Below are positions 1-11,567 of a DNA stretch of 64,000 nucleotides, one piece after another. Under the pieces are notes generated by a model. The model saw only the letters and a program-made list of their open reading frames with translations. It was not told the DNA's origin and ran no database searches. The DNA lies in contig NW_027362054.1 in the NCBI RefSeq assembly GCF_039654945.1, forward strand, positions 6,448,001-6,512,000. Reading direction: 5' to 3'. A program made the position numbers and the translations under genes. The DNA is from Dendrobates tinctorius (lineage: Eukaryota). How positions within the stretch are numbered: the first letter of the stretch is position 1; each line of letters begins with the position of its first letter.

Positions 1-1313
1 GATGCTGGCCTGGCCCCCCTGGGCCCAATTGGATGCTGGCCTGGCCCCCCTGGGCCCTGTTGGATGCTGACCTGGACCCCCTAGGCCCTGTTAGATGCTG
101 GCCACCCAGCCCTTCCTGGGCCCTGCTGGATGCTGGCCGCCTGGTTCTCCCTGGGCCCTGTTTGATGCTGGCCGCCTGGCCCTCCCTGGGCCCTGTTGGA
201 TGCTGGCCCTGGGTCCTATTGGCTGTTGGATGGATGCGGCCCAGCGGGCCCCAAGTCACTGTCTGATTCTTCTCATATACAGACCTGCTTTTTTTATTTT
301 TATGGATATCATCATCAAGACCTGGACAAGGTATTTTGGTGCTTAGGCAGATGAAACCAATGATTCCTCCCAAGAAAAGGAATTGTTTAGAAGCTATAAT
401 AACAGGACTTCTAACGCTGCGGTTCTCCCCTTCAATCAGTCCAATAACAATCTCTGATGACCATTTCCATTAACTGTTTCACCAAAATATATCAGCAAAA
501 GTAAAAAAAATGTGGTGTACTTTAGAGGTGAGGCATAACAGGGAGGGCAATTTCAGCTTTGCCCTGAGCTTTGTTGGACGTGGCCCCAGTCCCCCTAGCC
601 TTCCCATGGACCACAGGGAGGCTAGTGGTGACTGAGGGCCCGCGCCCAAAAGGGCTCAGGGGGAGACTACAGGGCACTGGAGGCCCGCATCCAACAGGGC
701 TCAGGGAGAGGCTAGTGGTGACTGCTGGCCCCCCTGGCCCTGTTGGCTGGATGTGGCCCAGCGGGCCCCAAGTCACCACTGAGCACTGTCTGCAGCCAAG
801 CCTTTTCTCACCGCCCGCGGCGCCCGGACTCTGGAGACCGGAGGGAGACTTACCCTGCTCGCCCACCACCTCCACCTGGTCATCCGGTCTGTGGCCTGCC
901 TGTCACCTCATCCGGTCCGCCTCCTCTGGTCTGGTCCGCCGCCTCGCCATCCGCCGACAGCTTCCACGTGGCACACCGCACGCTGCTCTGCTCCAGAATG
1001 AGGAAGTGGAGCAGTGTGTGATGTCACATCAGGACCATGAGGCACCCGGCTGAAAGCTACAGTGCCCATTTCTATTCACCCATGCATTTACAACACTGTG
1101 GTATCTCTTTAAAACACCACAGTGTTGTTATGCATCGGGAGCATTCGGAAGCTGCAACCTGCCCTGAACAAAATGTCGGGGGACCCGAGCGCGGACCCGA
1201 GCGCAGACAGGGCTGCCAGCGTGCTCGGGGCCCTCAGCCAGGCCCCCCTTTTTCCTCCTAATCACCGGGCCCCATACTGTAGTAAGGGCACTAATGCCCT
1301 GATGGCGGCCCTG
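1..1313. mobile_element. Right part of a non-autonomous hAT-like element with an internal ~31-bp GC-rich minisatellite (1-250)
   Basis: Ends in CCCTGATGGCGGCCCTG (reverse complement CAGGGCCGCCATCAGGG, hAT-like terminus); repeated GATGCTGGCC...CCCTGGGCCCTGTTG units; left end is outside the window. Confidence 0.5.
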
Positions 1314-1500
1314 ATCCCAGACACACTGAGGGGTGGAACCGTGACATTATGTATAGTGCTTTCTCAAATTAGATAGTGTCTTTATTAGGTATAAATTTGT
1401 TATTAGTGTTCTCTCTAAGGCTAGTTTCACACTAGCGTATGGAGGAGCTGCGGACGGCTGCGGGCTTCCTCCGTGAAGCTCCGCCTCCGGCCGCCCCTTC

Positions 1501-3002
1501 TGTCACGGTCACGCGCGGCTGGACACAGCGCCCCCAGCAGGGCGGATTTAGATGACACGCGTGACCCTGGATCCACCGCCTCCAGTTGGGCGAATTTAAA
1601 TAATAAGACGTGCAGCTGGATAAGCCGCCTCCAACAGGCGAATTTAGGTAATACATGTAAGTATGGAAACCCCCCTCCAGTAAGGCGAATTTAAACAATA
1701 AAGGGGAAACCTGGGTAAGAATAACAATGGTGGCCCTGCGATAGGGAATGGGGACCTGGAGACCTCCTGCACTCCCCTAAGTCAGTGTCTCTACACTCCT
1801 AACATTCCCTAGGCCGGTTCCGCACTAGGCGACGATCAGGATACCTTTTAACCCTAGCTCGCCCTGCACCTAAACCCTCACAAGGGAATTGGTCGGTGTG
1901 GAAACTAATCCCACCACTGCACTAAACACTCATAAGGAAAAATGACAATACAGGGGAACACCACTTAGCTTTGCTCTGTTGCTTACGCTCCCAGCAACAG
2001 AGCCACCACCTGCATGCATCTTTTCCTCCAACCGGATCCATCACCATAGTGCAGCCTTGGAGCAAACAGAGTCCACCACCTATGTGCAGCTGTCAAGAAA
2101 CAGTCCCGAAAATGAGTCCATTTTCTGCTAAAAAGTCCAGCATGCTTGAGTCCAACTTTTCTGCCAAAAAGTCCAGCATGCTTGAGTCCAGCTTTCAGCA
2201 ACCAAGTCCAGCATGCTGAGTGCAACTCTACACCATAGTCACCACTCCACCAAGCCATGCAAGCACTTCCTGCTGACACCATAAGGCCATGTGCACACGA
2301 TGCAGTTATCCAGCGGCTCTGCAGTGGATTTTTCCGCACAGAAACATTGCATATCCGCATTGTGATGTACAGTAGCTTGTTAGTCAATTGAAAAAAAAAA
2401 CGCTGTGCAGACGCTGCGGATTTTTCCGCGCGGTTTTCAAAATATGCAGCATGTCACTTCTTTTGTGCAGTTTTCCACCTGCTCCATTCTCCAAATCCGC
2501 AGGGGAAATCCGCGGATTTCTTCAATTCTGTGCGGAAAAATCCGCAGGGCTAAAAAGTATGTCTGCACTTAGCCTAACTTCAACTCCACCACGCCATGCC
2601 AGCCCTTCTTGCATACACCATAGTTGAACCACCAATCCATGCCAGCACTCCTTGCAGACACCATAGCTGCTACTTGAGTGCTCTGACTGAGCTGCCCGTG
2701 ACTCTCCTTCAGCTCCCTCCTTCACCCAGGCTTGCTTGTAACTGAAGTCCTATCACCAACAGTGATTGATACACCTGACACTCTTTTATAGAGCATTCAC
2801 ACCTGCATTATAATTACGTGCACAAACTAAGGTGCTAGAGTGCAATACCACTCACCACCCCCGGGGCAACTTAGAACAAACGACACCACAGTGCAATAAT
2901 CCTAATGGCCACCGGGGGCAAACACCACACTTTGGCACACAGCCAAAGGAAAAAAAGTTCACTTGTGCATTTAAACTGTCAGATCCACTTCGGATCATGA
3001 CA
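1501..3002. mobile_element. Solo-LTR-like insertion (TGTCA...TGACA) with 5-bp TSD CCTTC
   Basis: CCTTC at 1496-1500 and 3003-3007; the host MITE's opposite arm has only one copy; TG...CA termini; TATAAAA on minus strand ~2785. Confidence 0.75.
2285..2574. mobile_element. Harbinger-type MITE nested in the solo LTR
   Basis: GGCCATGTGCACAC...TGCACTTAGCC with TAA TSD; TGCGG/CCGCA-rich interior. Confidence 0.85.
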
Positions 3003-3363
3003 CCTTCTCTGTTTAGTCCCGCCTCTGTCGGCATGCGGCATGCGTACCCTGTCTTTTGCATTAGGTACGCAGTCCGTGCTGATGAATGCAGATGCCTTCG
3101 CATGTGTCTTTTTGACGGTGTTGCGACCTGCGCCAAACGCAACGTGTTGCATTTTGGTGTGCTCGCTGCACCATCAAAAAGATGCATGCAAAGGGATCTG
3201 CATTCATCAGCATGGCCTGCGTACCTAATGCTAAAGAGAGGGTACGCAGGCCGCGTGCCGACAGAGGCAAGACTGAACGGAGGAGGTGCGGCCGGGGGCA
3301 AAGCTTCACGGAGGAAGCCCACAGCCCTCCGCAGCTCCTCCATACGCTGGTGTGAAAATAGCC

Positions 3364-3910
3364 TTATTATTTGTAGCACCATCCCTTTTTTCAGTGTCCT
3401 CTCCTATTCTGAAAAGCACAGTCCCTAATTATATATTCTTTTAATATGTATGGCGCCATCCCCTATTACATAATGTCCTCTTCTCATGTGTAATGCAGTC
3501 CCTTATTAAATCATGTCCTCTCTTATTATGTATATTGCCATCCCTTATTACATAATGTCCCCTCTTATAATGCATAGTGTCACCCCTTATTATAGAGTGT
3601 ACGCTATTGTTATGTATAGTCTGTTATTACAGTGTCCTCTATTATAATGCATGGTGCAGTTTGTTATTACAGTGTCTTATCTTATGTATAACATTACTCT
3701 TTATTATACAGTGTTCTCTCTTATTACGTATAATGCAATCCATTATCAGTGTCTTCTCTTATGTATAGCGCAACCCTTTATTACAGTGTCCTCTCTTATT
3801 ACGTATAGTGCAGTCTGTTAATAAGAGAGGACACTGTAATATGTATAGCATAACTCTTTATTACACAATGTCCTCTCTTATTATGTATAGCATCAACCTT
3901 TATTGCAGTG
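3364..3910. repeat. Degenerate AT-rich ~38-40-bp tandem repeat (continues 6280-6945)
   Basis: Recurrent TTATTACAGTGTCCTCTCTTATTATGTATAG units. Confidence 0.75.
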
Positions 3911-4032
3911 TGAGAGCAGGATTTATTTATTCATCTTGATTTCATTTTGGTTATTCTACATGCATCTATTCTTCTGTGAAATGGTGTCTGAGCCAGTAAG
4001 TATGTTTTGAGACAAGGAATTTATTTGCCTTA

Positions 4033-4460
4033 GGCTAGTTTCACACTAGCGTATTTTCCATGCAGCGCACGGCACCGCTAAGCCCCGCCCCTTGCCGGCT
4101 CCCTGCCCACCCCATCCGGTCATTGCCGCCTACTATCGCACACGGCCGCATGCGATCTGCGCAGCCTATCTTTAGCATTTTAGCATGCGCTGCGCACTTT
4201 TGAAGGTGTGCCGAGCACGCCGAAATGCAACATGGTGCGTTCGGTGCACACGGGCGCACCTTCAAAAGTGCGCAGCGCACGCTAAAATCCTACTAGCGCA
4301 CGGCCAGCACACGGTCTGCGCCCCCTATGCTAAAGATAGGGTGCGCAGATCGCATGCGGCCGTGTGCGATAGCAGGCGGCGATGACCAGATGAGCGGGCA
4401 GGGAGCCGGACTTAGAGGCGCCGTGCGCTGCATGGAAAATACGCTAGTGTGAAACTAGCC
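4033..4460. mobile_element. Harbinger-type palindromic MITE
   Basis: Long TIRs GGCTAGTTTCACACTAGCGTATTTTCCATGCAGCGCACGGC, TTA TSD. Confidence 0.9.
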
Positions 4461-4472
4461 TTAGAGACTTAA

Positions 4473-4858
4473 GGCCCTTTTACATTTAGCAATGCACCAG
4501 CGATCCGACGAGCGATCCGACCCGGTCAGGATCGCTGGTGCATCGCTAAATGATCGCTAGTGAGCTTTCACACAGAAAGACCTCACAGCGATTCAGCAGC
4601 GACGCAGCGGACGATACTCACCTTTCACACACAGCGATCCTGGTGCCCGCCTCCACGTGTCGCTCGTCGTCACAGCAGGAAACCCAGCAGGAAGCTGACG
4701 ATGAGAAATGGAGCCGCACAATCTCGCGCGGACAGCGGGGAGCCGGTCGTTGGTAAGTATCACACATAGCGATATCGCTAGCAATATCGCTATAACGTCA
4801 CAAAACCGGTGATGTTATAGCGATATTGCTAGCGATATCGCTTAGTGTAAAACCCCCT
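4473..4858. mobile_element. MITE of the AGCGAT/ATCGCT-rich family (relatives at 29727-30121 and 36862-37411)
   Basis: Short TIRs (TTTTACA...TGTAAAA), shared interior with 29727-30121. Confidence 0.75.
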
Positions 4859-5018
4859 TTAGAGATAACCCATAGCAAAGTGAAAGGAAAAAAGAGATAA
4901 AGTCACACCTAAACTCTTCAGCTGGGTGTAGACAATATTAACTTTAGCCAGTGCAATGTATGCATGCTAATACCAGCACATATGTAGAGATAAGCTGAGT
5001 CAATTATATTGCTGCAAT

Positions 5019-6114
5019 CAGTGGCGTAACTACAAAGTTATGGGCCCCGGTGCGCACTTTCAAATGGGGCCCCCCATGCCAAAATACACGCACATCTCCA
5101 CTCCGTACACATCGTACACACGCGGCTCCTCTCCGTCCACCTCGTACACAAGCGGGTCCGCTTTATCCACCTCGTACACATGCGGCTCCGCTCCGTACAT
5201 CTCGTATACACGCGGATCCACACACCTCATACACACATCTTCGCTCCGTACACCTCGTACACACGCAGCTCCGTTCCATACACCTCGTACACACGCGGCT
5301 CCGCTCCATACACCTCGTACACACATGGCTCCGCTCCGTACACCTCATACACGGCTCCGCTCCGTACACCTCGTATACACACGGCTCTGCTCCGTACACC
5401 TCGTACACACGGCTCAGCTCCATACACCTCGTACACACACGGCTCCGCTCCGTACACCTCGTACACACACGGCTCTGCTCCTTTCACCTCGTACACACAC
5501 GGCTCTGCTCCGTACACCTCGTACACACACGGCTCCACACACCTCGCACACTCATCTTCACTCCGTACACCTTGTACACACACAACTCTGCTCTGCACAC
5601 CCCATACACACACAACTCTGCTCTGCACACCCCATACACACACGGCTCCGCTCTGTACACCTCCTACACACACGGCTCTGCTTCGTACACCTCGTACACA
5701 CACAGCTCCGCTCTGCACACCTCATACACACACGGCTCTGCTCTGCACACCCCATACACATCTTCGCTCTGTACACCTCGTACACACACAGCTCTGCTAC
5801 ATCCACCGTGTAAACCACTCCTGACCCCACACAGAATCTTTACCTCATCCAGCATCATGACAACCTGCCTTCTCCCCTCCTGTGACCTCATCACAGGTCC
5901 TGTGTGCACAGCCACAGAACAGCCTAGGACTTCATTGCAGCCTGTGGGGGGCTGTGGTGGGTCTATCTGGGAGGGCAAGGATGGGGTGCATGGGGGGCGT
6001 GGTGGCTCAATGAGGGACGCGGAGGGGGTCAAAAATGGGACTATCCCACGGGAATCGGCACAGTTGGGACCGATCACAGTGGCGACTTCTGCGACCGTGG
6101 TAGTTACGCCCCTA
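5019..6114. mobile_element. Non-autonomous hAT element with internal ~30-bp minisatellite (5085-5800)
   Basis: TIRs CAGTGGCGTAACTAC / GTAGTTACGCCCCTA; 8-bp TSD GCTGCAAT / GCTACAAT; GGCTCCGCTCCGTACACCTCGTACACACAC units. Confidence 0.85.
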
Positions 6115-6279
6115 GCTACAATATATGTCAGGAAAATGCCTATATAAACACTGACCTGTTATGTAATAAAAGAGAGATCTGCCTTGATGCTCAGTGTGGC
6201 TCTTCCATGCATATATTTGGATTTCACTATTTAATTGGGAGCAGGCACGTGTCAGAATGTCCCACATTACATGGAGACG

Positions 6280-6945
6280 ACACAGTGTCCTCTCTTACAG
6301 TATTATGGATAGTACAATCAGTTTTTACGGTGTCCTCTCTTGTTATGTAGAGTGCAGTCTGTTATTACAGTGTCCTCTTTTATTATGTATAGTGCAGTCT
6401 GTTATAACCCGTTCCCCGCTCTTATGTATAGCGTCACCCTTTATTACACAGTGTCCTTTTTTATTATGTATAGTACAACCATTTTTTTCAGTGTCCTACC
6501 GTAATGTATAGTGTAGTCCATTATTACACAGTATTCTCTCATTATATACAGAGCCACCCTTATTAGTGTCCTCTTTTATTATGTATAGCACCCTTTATTA
6601 CAGTGTCCTCTCATATTATGTTTAGTGCAGTCTGTTATTACAGTGTCCTCTCTTACAGTATTATGTATAGTGTTATCCTTTATTTGTGTCCTTTCTTATC
6701 ATGTATAGTGCAGTTATTAGTGTCCCCTCATTATGTATATCGTCATCCTTTATTACAGTGTCATTTGTTGTTATGAATAGTGCAGCCCATTATTATAGTG
6801 TCTCATTATGTATAGTGCAGTCCATTATTACAGTGCACTGTTATGTATTGCTTCACCCTTTATTACAGTGTCCTCTCTTATAACGTACAGTGCAGTATGC
6901 TGTCTCCTATGTATAGGGTCACCCTTTTTAACACAGTGTCCTCTC
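6280..6945. repeat. Degenerate AT-rich tandem repeat, same unit as 3364-3910
   Basis: TTATTACAGTGTCCTCTC...ATGTATAGTGCAG units. Confidence 0.75.
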
Positions 6946-7850
6946 TTAGGCCTCCTTCACACCTTCATGTCTCTGGTACATGTGGTAACAGTTTCCACAC
7001 ATACCGGAGACACTTACACACATAGACCCATTCAAGTGTGTGTCCGTGGCCAAACATGCCAACATGCCCCTTTTTTACCATTAGCATGGGCCGCAAAATG
7101 TCCTCTACACGTGCACACAGATGACACATATGGATGTCATCTGTGTGACACACACTAGTACCAGGGAAGAAGCGGTATAGTAAGCACTGTTCCACGACGC
7201 AGGGTGCTGAAGATGCTCTAATTATTCGCCCCTGCTCTGCCAGCGATCGGGGAGAATGATCAGTTATATTCAAGTGAGAACAATGACAGCAGGTGGCGGC
7301 TGATGGGACTATTACTCCCATCAGCCTACACTGGCTGCCGCTAATAAGTGACAGAAGGCAGCGGCTGATAGTTTTCCTCACTCGCTACCTGCGCTATAGA
7401 TAAATGAAAAAAAACGGCATGGGTTTCTCTGTATTTTTTTTAACCAGCCAGGCAAAACTGACAAACCTGCAACCCTCAGCTGTCAGCGTTAGCAAGGCTG
7501 GTTATCAATAATAGAGGGGTCCCCACATTGTTTTTTTTATTTATTTAAATAAATATTTTAAAAAATGTTGTGGGCCCCCCTATTTTTGACAACCAGCCTT
7601 GCTAAAGCAGACAACTTGGGGCTAGTGTTGTCAGGCTGGTAAGAGGCCATGATATTGACCCCCCAGCCGCCCAGAAAAGGCACATCTATTAGATCCGCAA
7701 ATTCTGGTGCTTTGCCTGGCTTTTCCCACTTGCCGTGTAGCATTGGCAAGTGGGGTTGATATTTGAGGGGTTGATGTCATCTTTGTATTGTCAGGTGACA
7801 TCAAGCCCACGGCCTAGTAATGGAGCGGCATCTAAGACACCTATCCATTA

Positions 7851-8257
7851 GGCTAGTTTCACACTAGTGCATTTTACAGGCAGCACACGGCGCCACTAAG
7901 CCCAGCCCCCTGCCCGCCCTGTCATTTCCTCCTACTATCGCACACGGCTGCATGCGATCTGCGCAACCTATCTTTAGACCGCGCTAGTAGGATTTTTGCA
8001 TGCGCTGCGCACTTTTGAAGGTGCGCCGAGCGCACCAAAATGCAACATGGTGCGTTCGGCGCACACCTTCAAAAGTGCACAGCGCACGCAAAAATCCTAC
8101 TAGCGCACGGCCAGCGCACCCTATGCTAAAGATAGGGTGCGGAGATTGCATGCAGCCGTGTGCGATAGTAGGAGGAAATGACCGGACGGGGCGAGCAGGG
8201 GGCGGGGCTTAGCGGCGCCGTGCGCTGCATGTAAAATGCGCTAGTCTGAAACCAGCC
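7851..8257. mobile_element. Harbinger-type palindromic MITE (family of 4033-4460)
   Basis: GGCTAGTTTCACACTAG / CTAGTCTGAAACCAGCC, TTA TSD. Confidence 0.9.
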
Positions 8258-8365
8258 TTACTAATCCTATAGTTGTATGGTAAATAAAGACACAGCCAGA
8301 ATAAAATATTTTATTAGAAATAAAACAAAACACAGTTTTCCATTTTTATTTAAAAATAACACAGT

Positions 8366-9765
8366 TATAATAATAATAAATTTTATTTTTATAGCGCCGA
8401 CATATTCCGCAGCACTTTACATTTCAGAGGGGATTTGTACAGACAACAGACATTACAGCATAACAATAATCACATAGATTATAACAGATACCAAGAGGAA
8501 TGAGGGCCCTGCTCGCAAGCTTACAATCTATGAGGAAAGAGGTAGACACGAAAGGTGGGTGGTAACAGTTGCCCTGATTGTATGGACCAGCCATAATGTT
8601 AAGTGTGTAACAGTACAAACACAGAGGGCTAATGGATGCATAAAGCATGTGGGAACATGATGCGGGAAATCTGGTTATGGTAAAACTTTTGGCTGTGCCA
8701 CACAGGGATAGTTAGGTTAATATGTTGAGGGGATAGGTCAGTCTGAATAAATGCGTTTTCAGGGCACGCTTAAAATTGTGGGGATTGGGGACTAATCGTA
8801 TTGACCTGGGAAGTGCATTCCAAAGAATTGGTGCAGCACGTGTAAAGTCTTGGAGACGGGAGTGGGAGGTTCTGACTATTGAGGATGCTAACCTCAGGTC
8901 ATCAGCAGAACGGAGGGCGCGGGTAGGGTGGTATACTGAAACAAGGGAGATGTAGGGTGGTGCTGAGCCATGGAGAGCTTTGTGGGTGAGGGTAATAAGT
9001 TTGTACCGGATTCTGGAGTGGATGGGGAGCCAGTGTAATGACTGGCACAAGGTGGTGCTGAGCTATGGAGGGCTTTGTGGGTGAGGGTAAGGCCGGGGTC
9101 ACACTAACCGACGCAAAATACGGTCAGTATTTTACATGCGTAATACGGATGAATGGCCCCTAAACAGTGCTCCGTATGTCATCCGTAATCAAGGTGTGGT
9201 CGCGTATTTTGCGCATGTAAGCATCCGTATGTAATCCGTATGGCGAGATTTTCTCACCGGCTTGCAAAATGGACATATAATGGAGCCCTATGACAGGGTT
9301 TCTAAACAGAAACCAAAGAATAGTTATAGACACATAGAATGTATTCTATGTGTATATATCTATTCTTTTGTTTCTTTATTAAAACTGTCAGTGTGAGTTT
9401 ACAGTATCGCGCACTGAATTGCCGGCTTTGCTAAAAGACACCGGGTGCGTATTTCTCGCAAGTCACATGTGTGGTCCGTGTGTAATCCGTATTTTTTGCG
9501 CACCCGTAGACTTGCATTGGCGTACTGCTGCGATTGGCACGGAGCGTAGAATACGGATGAGAAATATACGGCTGGTGCGAGTGACCCCATAGAGAATCAT
9601 TGGTCCGTGTGTAATGCGGGATTTTAGCGCCTCTCACTCGGCCGTATTCCTCGCCAGTGTGACCCCGGCCTAATAAGTTTATACTGAATTCTGGAGTGGA
9701 TGGGTAGCCAGTGTAATGACAAGGTAGAGGCATCGGTGTAACGATTGGTGAGGAATATGATCCTG
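8366..9765 (-). mobile_element. 5'-truncated L2-clade LINE (ORF2 C-terminus, 3'UTR, (ATT)n tail)
   Basis: ORF 8712-9050: LHWLPIHSRIRYKL...FTRAAPILWNALP...FKRALKTHLF, typical of the L2 ORF2 end; tail TGTAAAGTGCTGCGGAATATGTCGGCGCTATAAAAATAAA(ATT)n. Confidence 0.85.
9091..9670. mobile_element. Harbinger-type MITE inserted in the L2 fragment
   Basis: GGCCGGGGTCACACT / AGTGTGACCCCGGCC perfect TIR, TAA TSD. Confidence 0.9.
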
Positions 9766-10939
9766 TTCAGTTATACTCATCTAATGCCTAATTCCACTGA
9801 ATCCTTCGTCTCATGTAATAAAACAAAAATAAAAAAAACAACAATATCCCTCACCTGTCCGACGTTCTGTCCCACGCTGTAATCCATATCTGGGGGATTA
9901 ATAGCTTTCAATCCAAGATGCGACTGTCCAGGCTGAGAACCACTGGTAAATGACTTGCTTCGAGCACAGCATCTGTGACTAGCGTTGACTTCGTCGAGGT
10001 TACTGCCGGTCACTGAGACTGCGTTACCAACCAGGCTAAATTGCTGTTACTCACGCTGTTTTTTAAATTATTTATTTAAATTATTAAAACAACAGTGTGG
10101 GGACCACTCCAATCTTGATAACCAGCCTTGCTAACGCTGTCAGATGAGAGTTGCAGCCCCCAGCTGTCAGTTTTGCCTGGCTGGTTAACAAAAGTACAGG
10201 GGAACCCACGTTTTCCATTTATTTATAGCGCAGGCGGCGGGTGAGGAATACACCCAACATCCGCTCTTCCTGTCAGTGTTATTAGCGGCAGCAGGTGTAG
10301 GCTGAAGGGAGTAATAGTCCCATCAGTCACCACCTGCTGTCACTGTTCTCACTTGATTACAGCTCTCATCATTCCCCCCTGCTGGCGCTGATCGTTGGCA
10401 GAGCAGTGGAGAATGATCAGAGCCGTCTTCAGCACCCGGGAACAGCAGTTACTGTGCCGCTGCTTCCCTGGCGCTCGTCCGTGTGGTACTGCCGCACATA
10501 TTACACCCACACACGGACACTCATCACCGGTACTGGTTTTTTCTGGTACCGGAACTATCAGGAAGTGTGAAACCGGTCTTATTGTGTGTAGCACGGTCCA
10601 TAAAAATATGGCGCTCTGTGCAGTCCTCACATGCAAAACATTCACCAGGACCCCTGTGTGCGCGTTGTGACCTAACCATGGCCTCCTCTGAGTGTCAGGT
10701 CACAGAGGAGCACAGGCTGGACGGCCCTGGCTACCCTGCCCCGCTCTCATTTCCCAGGAGCACAGTCTGAAACATCCCATATCCGCAGCTGAGTCACCCA
10801 GGGATGGCTGTACAGAGGCTCCGCAGGCCTCTGTGCCTGACAGGATGGCAGTGACCGGCTGCTGAAGACCTGTCCACCTCCTGCTCCTTTCAGTAGCTGA
10901 CAAGTCTACCAGTTCCTCCAGCTAGCTATCTCCCCTGGA

Positions 10940-11300
10940 AATGACCCCTCTTCCTCGGTCATTTTCGTCGCACTCCGACTCCACTCGGAGATCTTCGTAC
11001 ATTTCCGGACACACGGTCCAATCCCATCTTTTCTTTCAAATGTACCCGTGGGACTACGATTATTTTTTTGTTCGCCTGTTGACCACGCCTCCCTTGCGCG
11101 TATCGGAATGCGGCTCTCTCATTGGCTCGCTTTCTACTCTCCACCCACTCAGTGCTCAAGCCCCGCCCATAGCTCCCCCTAGTTAGAGAATCCTCCAGCT
11201 CGGCCGCTCTAGAGGACCCGGCACCGGAGTCTCTGTGCAGAAGCGTCCGGCAGGCGGAAAACGGTACGTGTGCACAGAACGGACGGTGCGACTTGTTCAG
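10940..11300 (+). promoter_or_regulatory. CpG-rich promoter and candidate non-coding first exon (donor ACG|GTACGT at 11264)
   Basis: Non-repetitive CpG-dense stretch with ETS-like CCGGAAAT (minus, ~11001), GGGACTAC (~11050), CCACGCCTCC, CCAAT box (ATTGG ~11121) and GC box CCCCGCCC (11161), followed by a plausible donor. Confidence 0.55.
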
Positions 11301-11567
11301 CCAGTGCTGACTGCTCTACTGGGAATCACGGGGTTTCATCTGTGTGCTGAGCTGTGGCCTGAGCGGTGCGCTGGGAGCAGGGCCGCATGCTGCTGTGTGA
11401 CCGGGGGCCACAGCGCACAGACGTGTGAGGAAGGATGCTGGCGGAGGCCAGGCGGGCAGGGGATGCGGCGGGGCAGGAGGGGCGCACGCATCTCTGCAGC
11501 CGGCGCCTATGGGTGGCAGTGTTGTCATAGGAGCAACCCGGGCAGCTGATCACTGCCCTGAATGGCT

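Larger units (their letters stand above)
1419..3363. mobile_element. PIF/Harbinger-type palindromic MITE split by an LTR insertion
   Basis: TIRs GGCTAGTTTCACACTAGCG / CGCTGGTGTGAAAATAGCC, TAA/TTA flanks; arms 1419-1500 and 3008-3363 are complementary. Confidence 0.85.
6949..10578. mobile_element. Large foldback Harbinger-like non-autonomous element with nested insertions
   Basis: GGCCTCCTTCACAC / GTGTGAAACCGGTC termini with TTA flanks; ~400-bp inverted arms 7160-7560 and 10055-10470. Confidence 0.65.

Noticed and set aside
2832-3428. 198-aa and 176-aa overlapping ORFs (similarly 37636-38280)
   Set aside because: Span GC-rich palindromic MITEs and insertion junctions; no protein motifs
5038-6147. 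His/Thr-rich ORFs up to 365 aa
   Set aside because: 30-bp minisatellite inside a hAT MITE
10959-11159. Minus-strand ORF as first coding exon of a divergent gene
   Set aside because: ATG-initiated frames stop within ~20 codons with no clear donor and no recognisable protein
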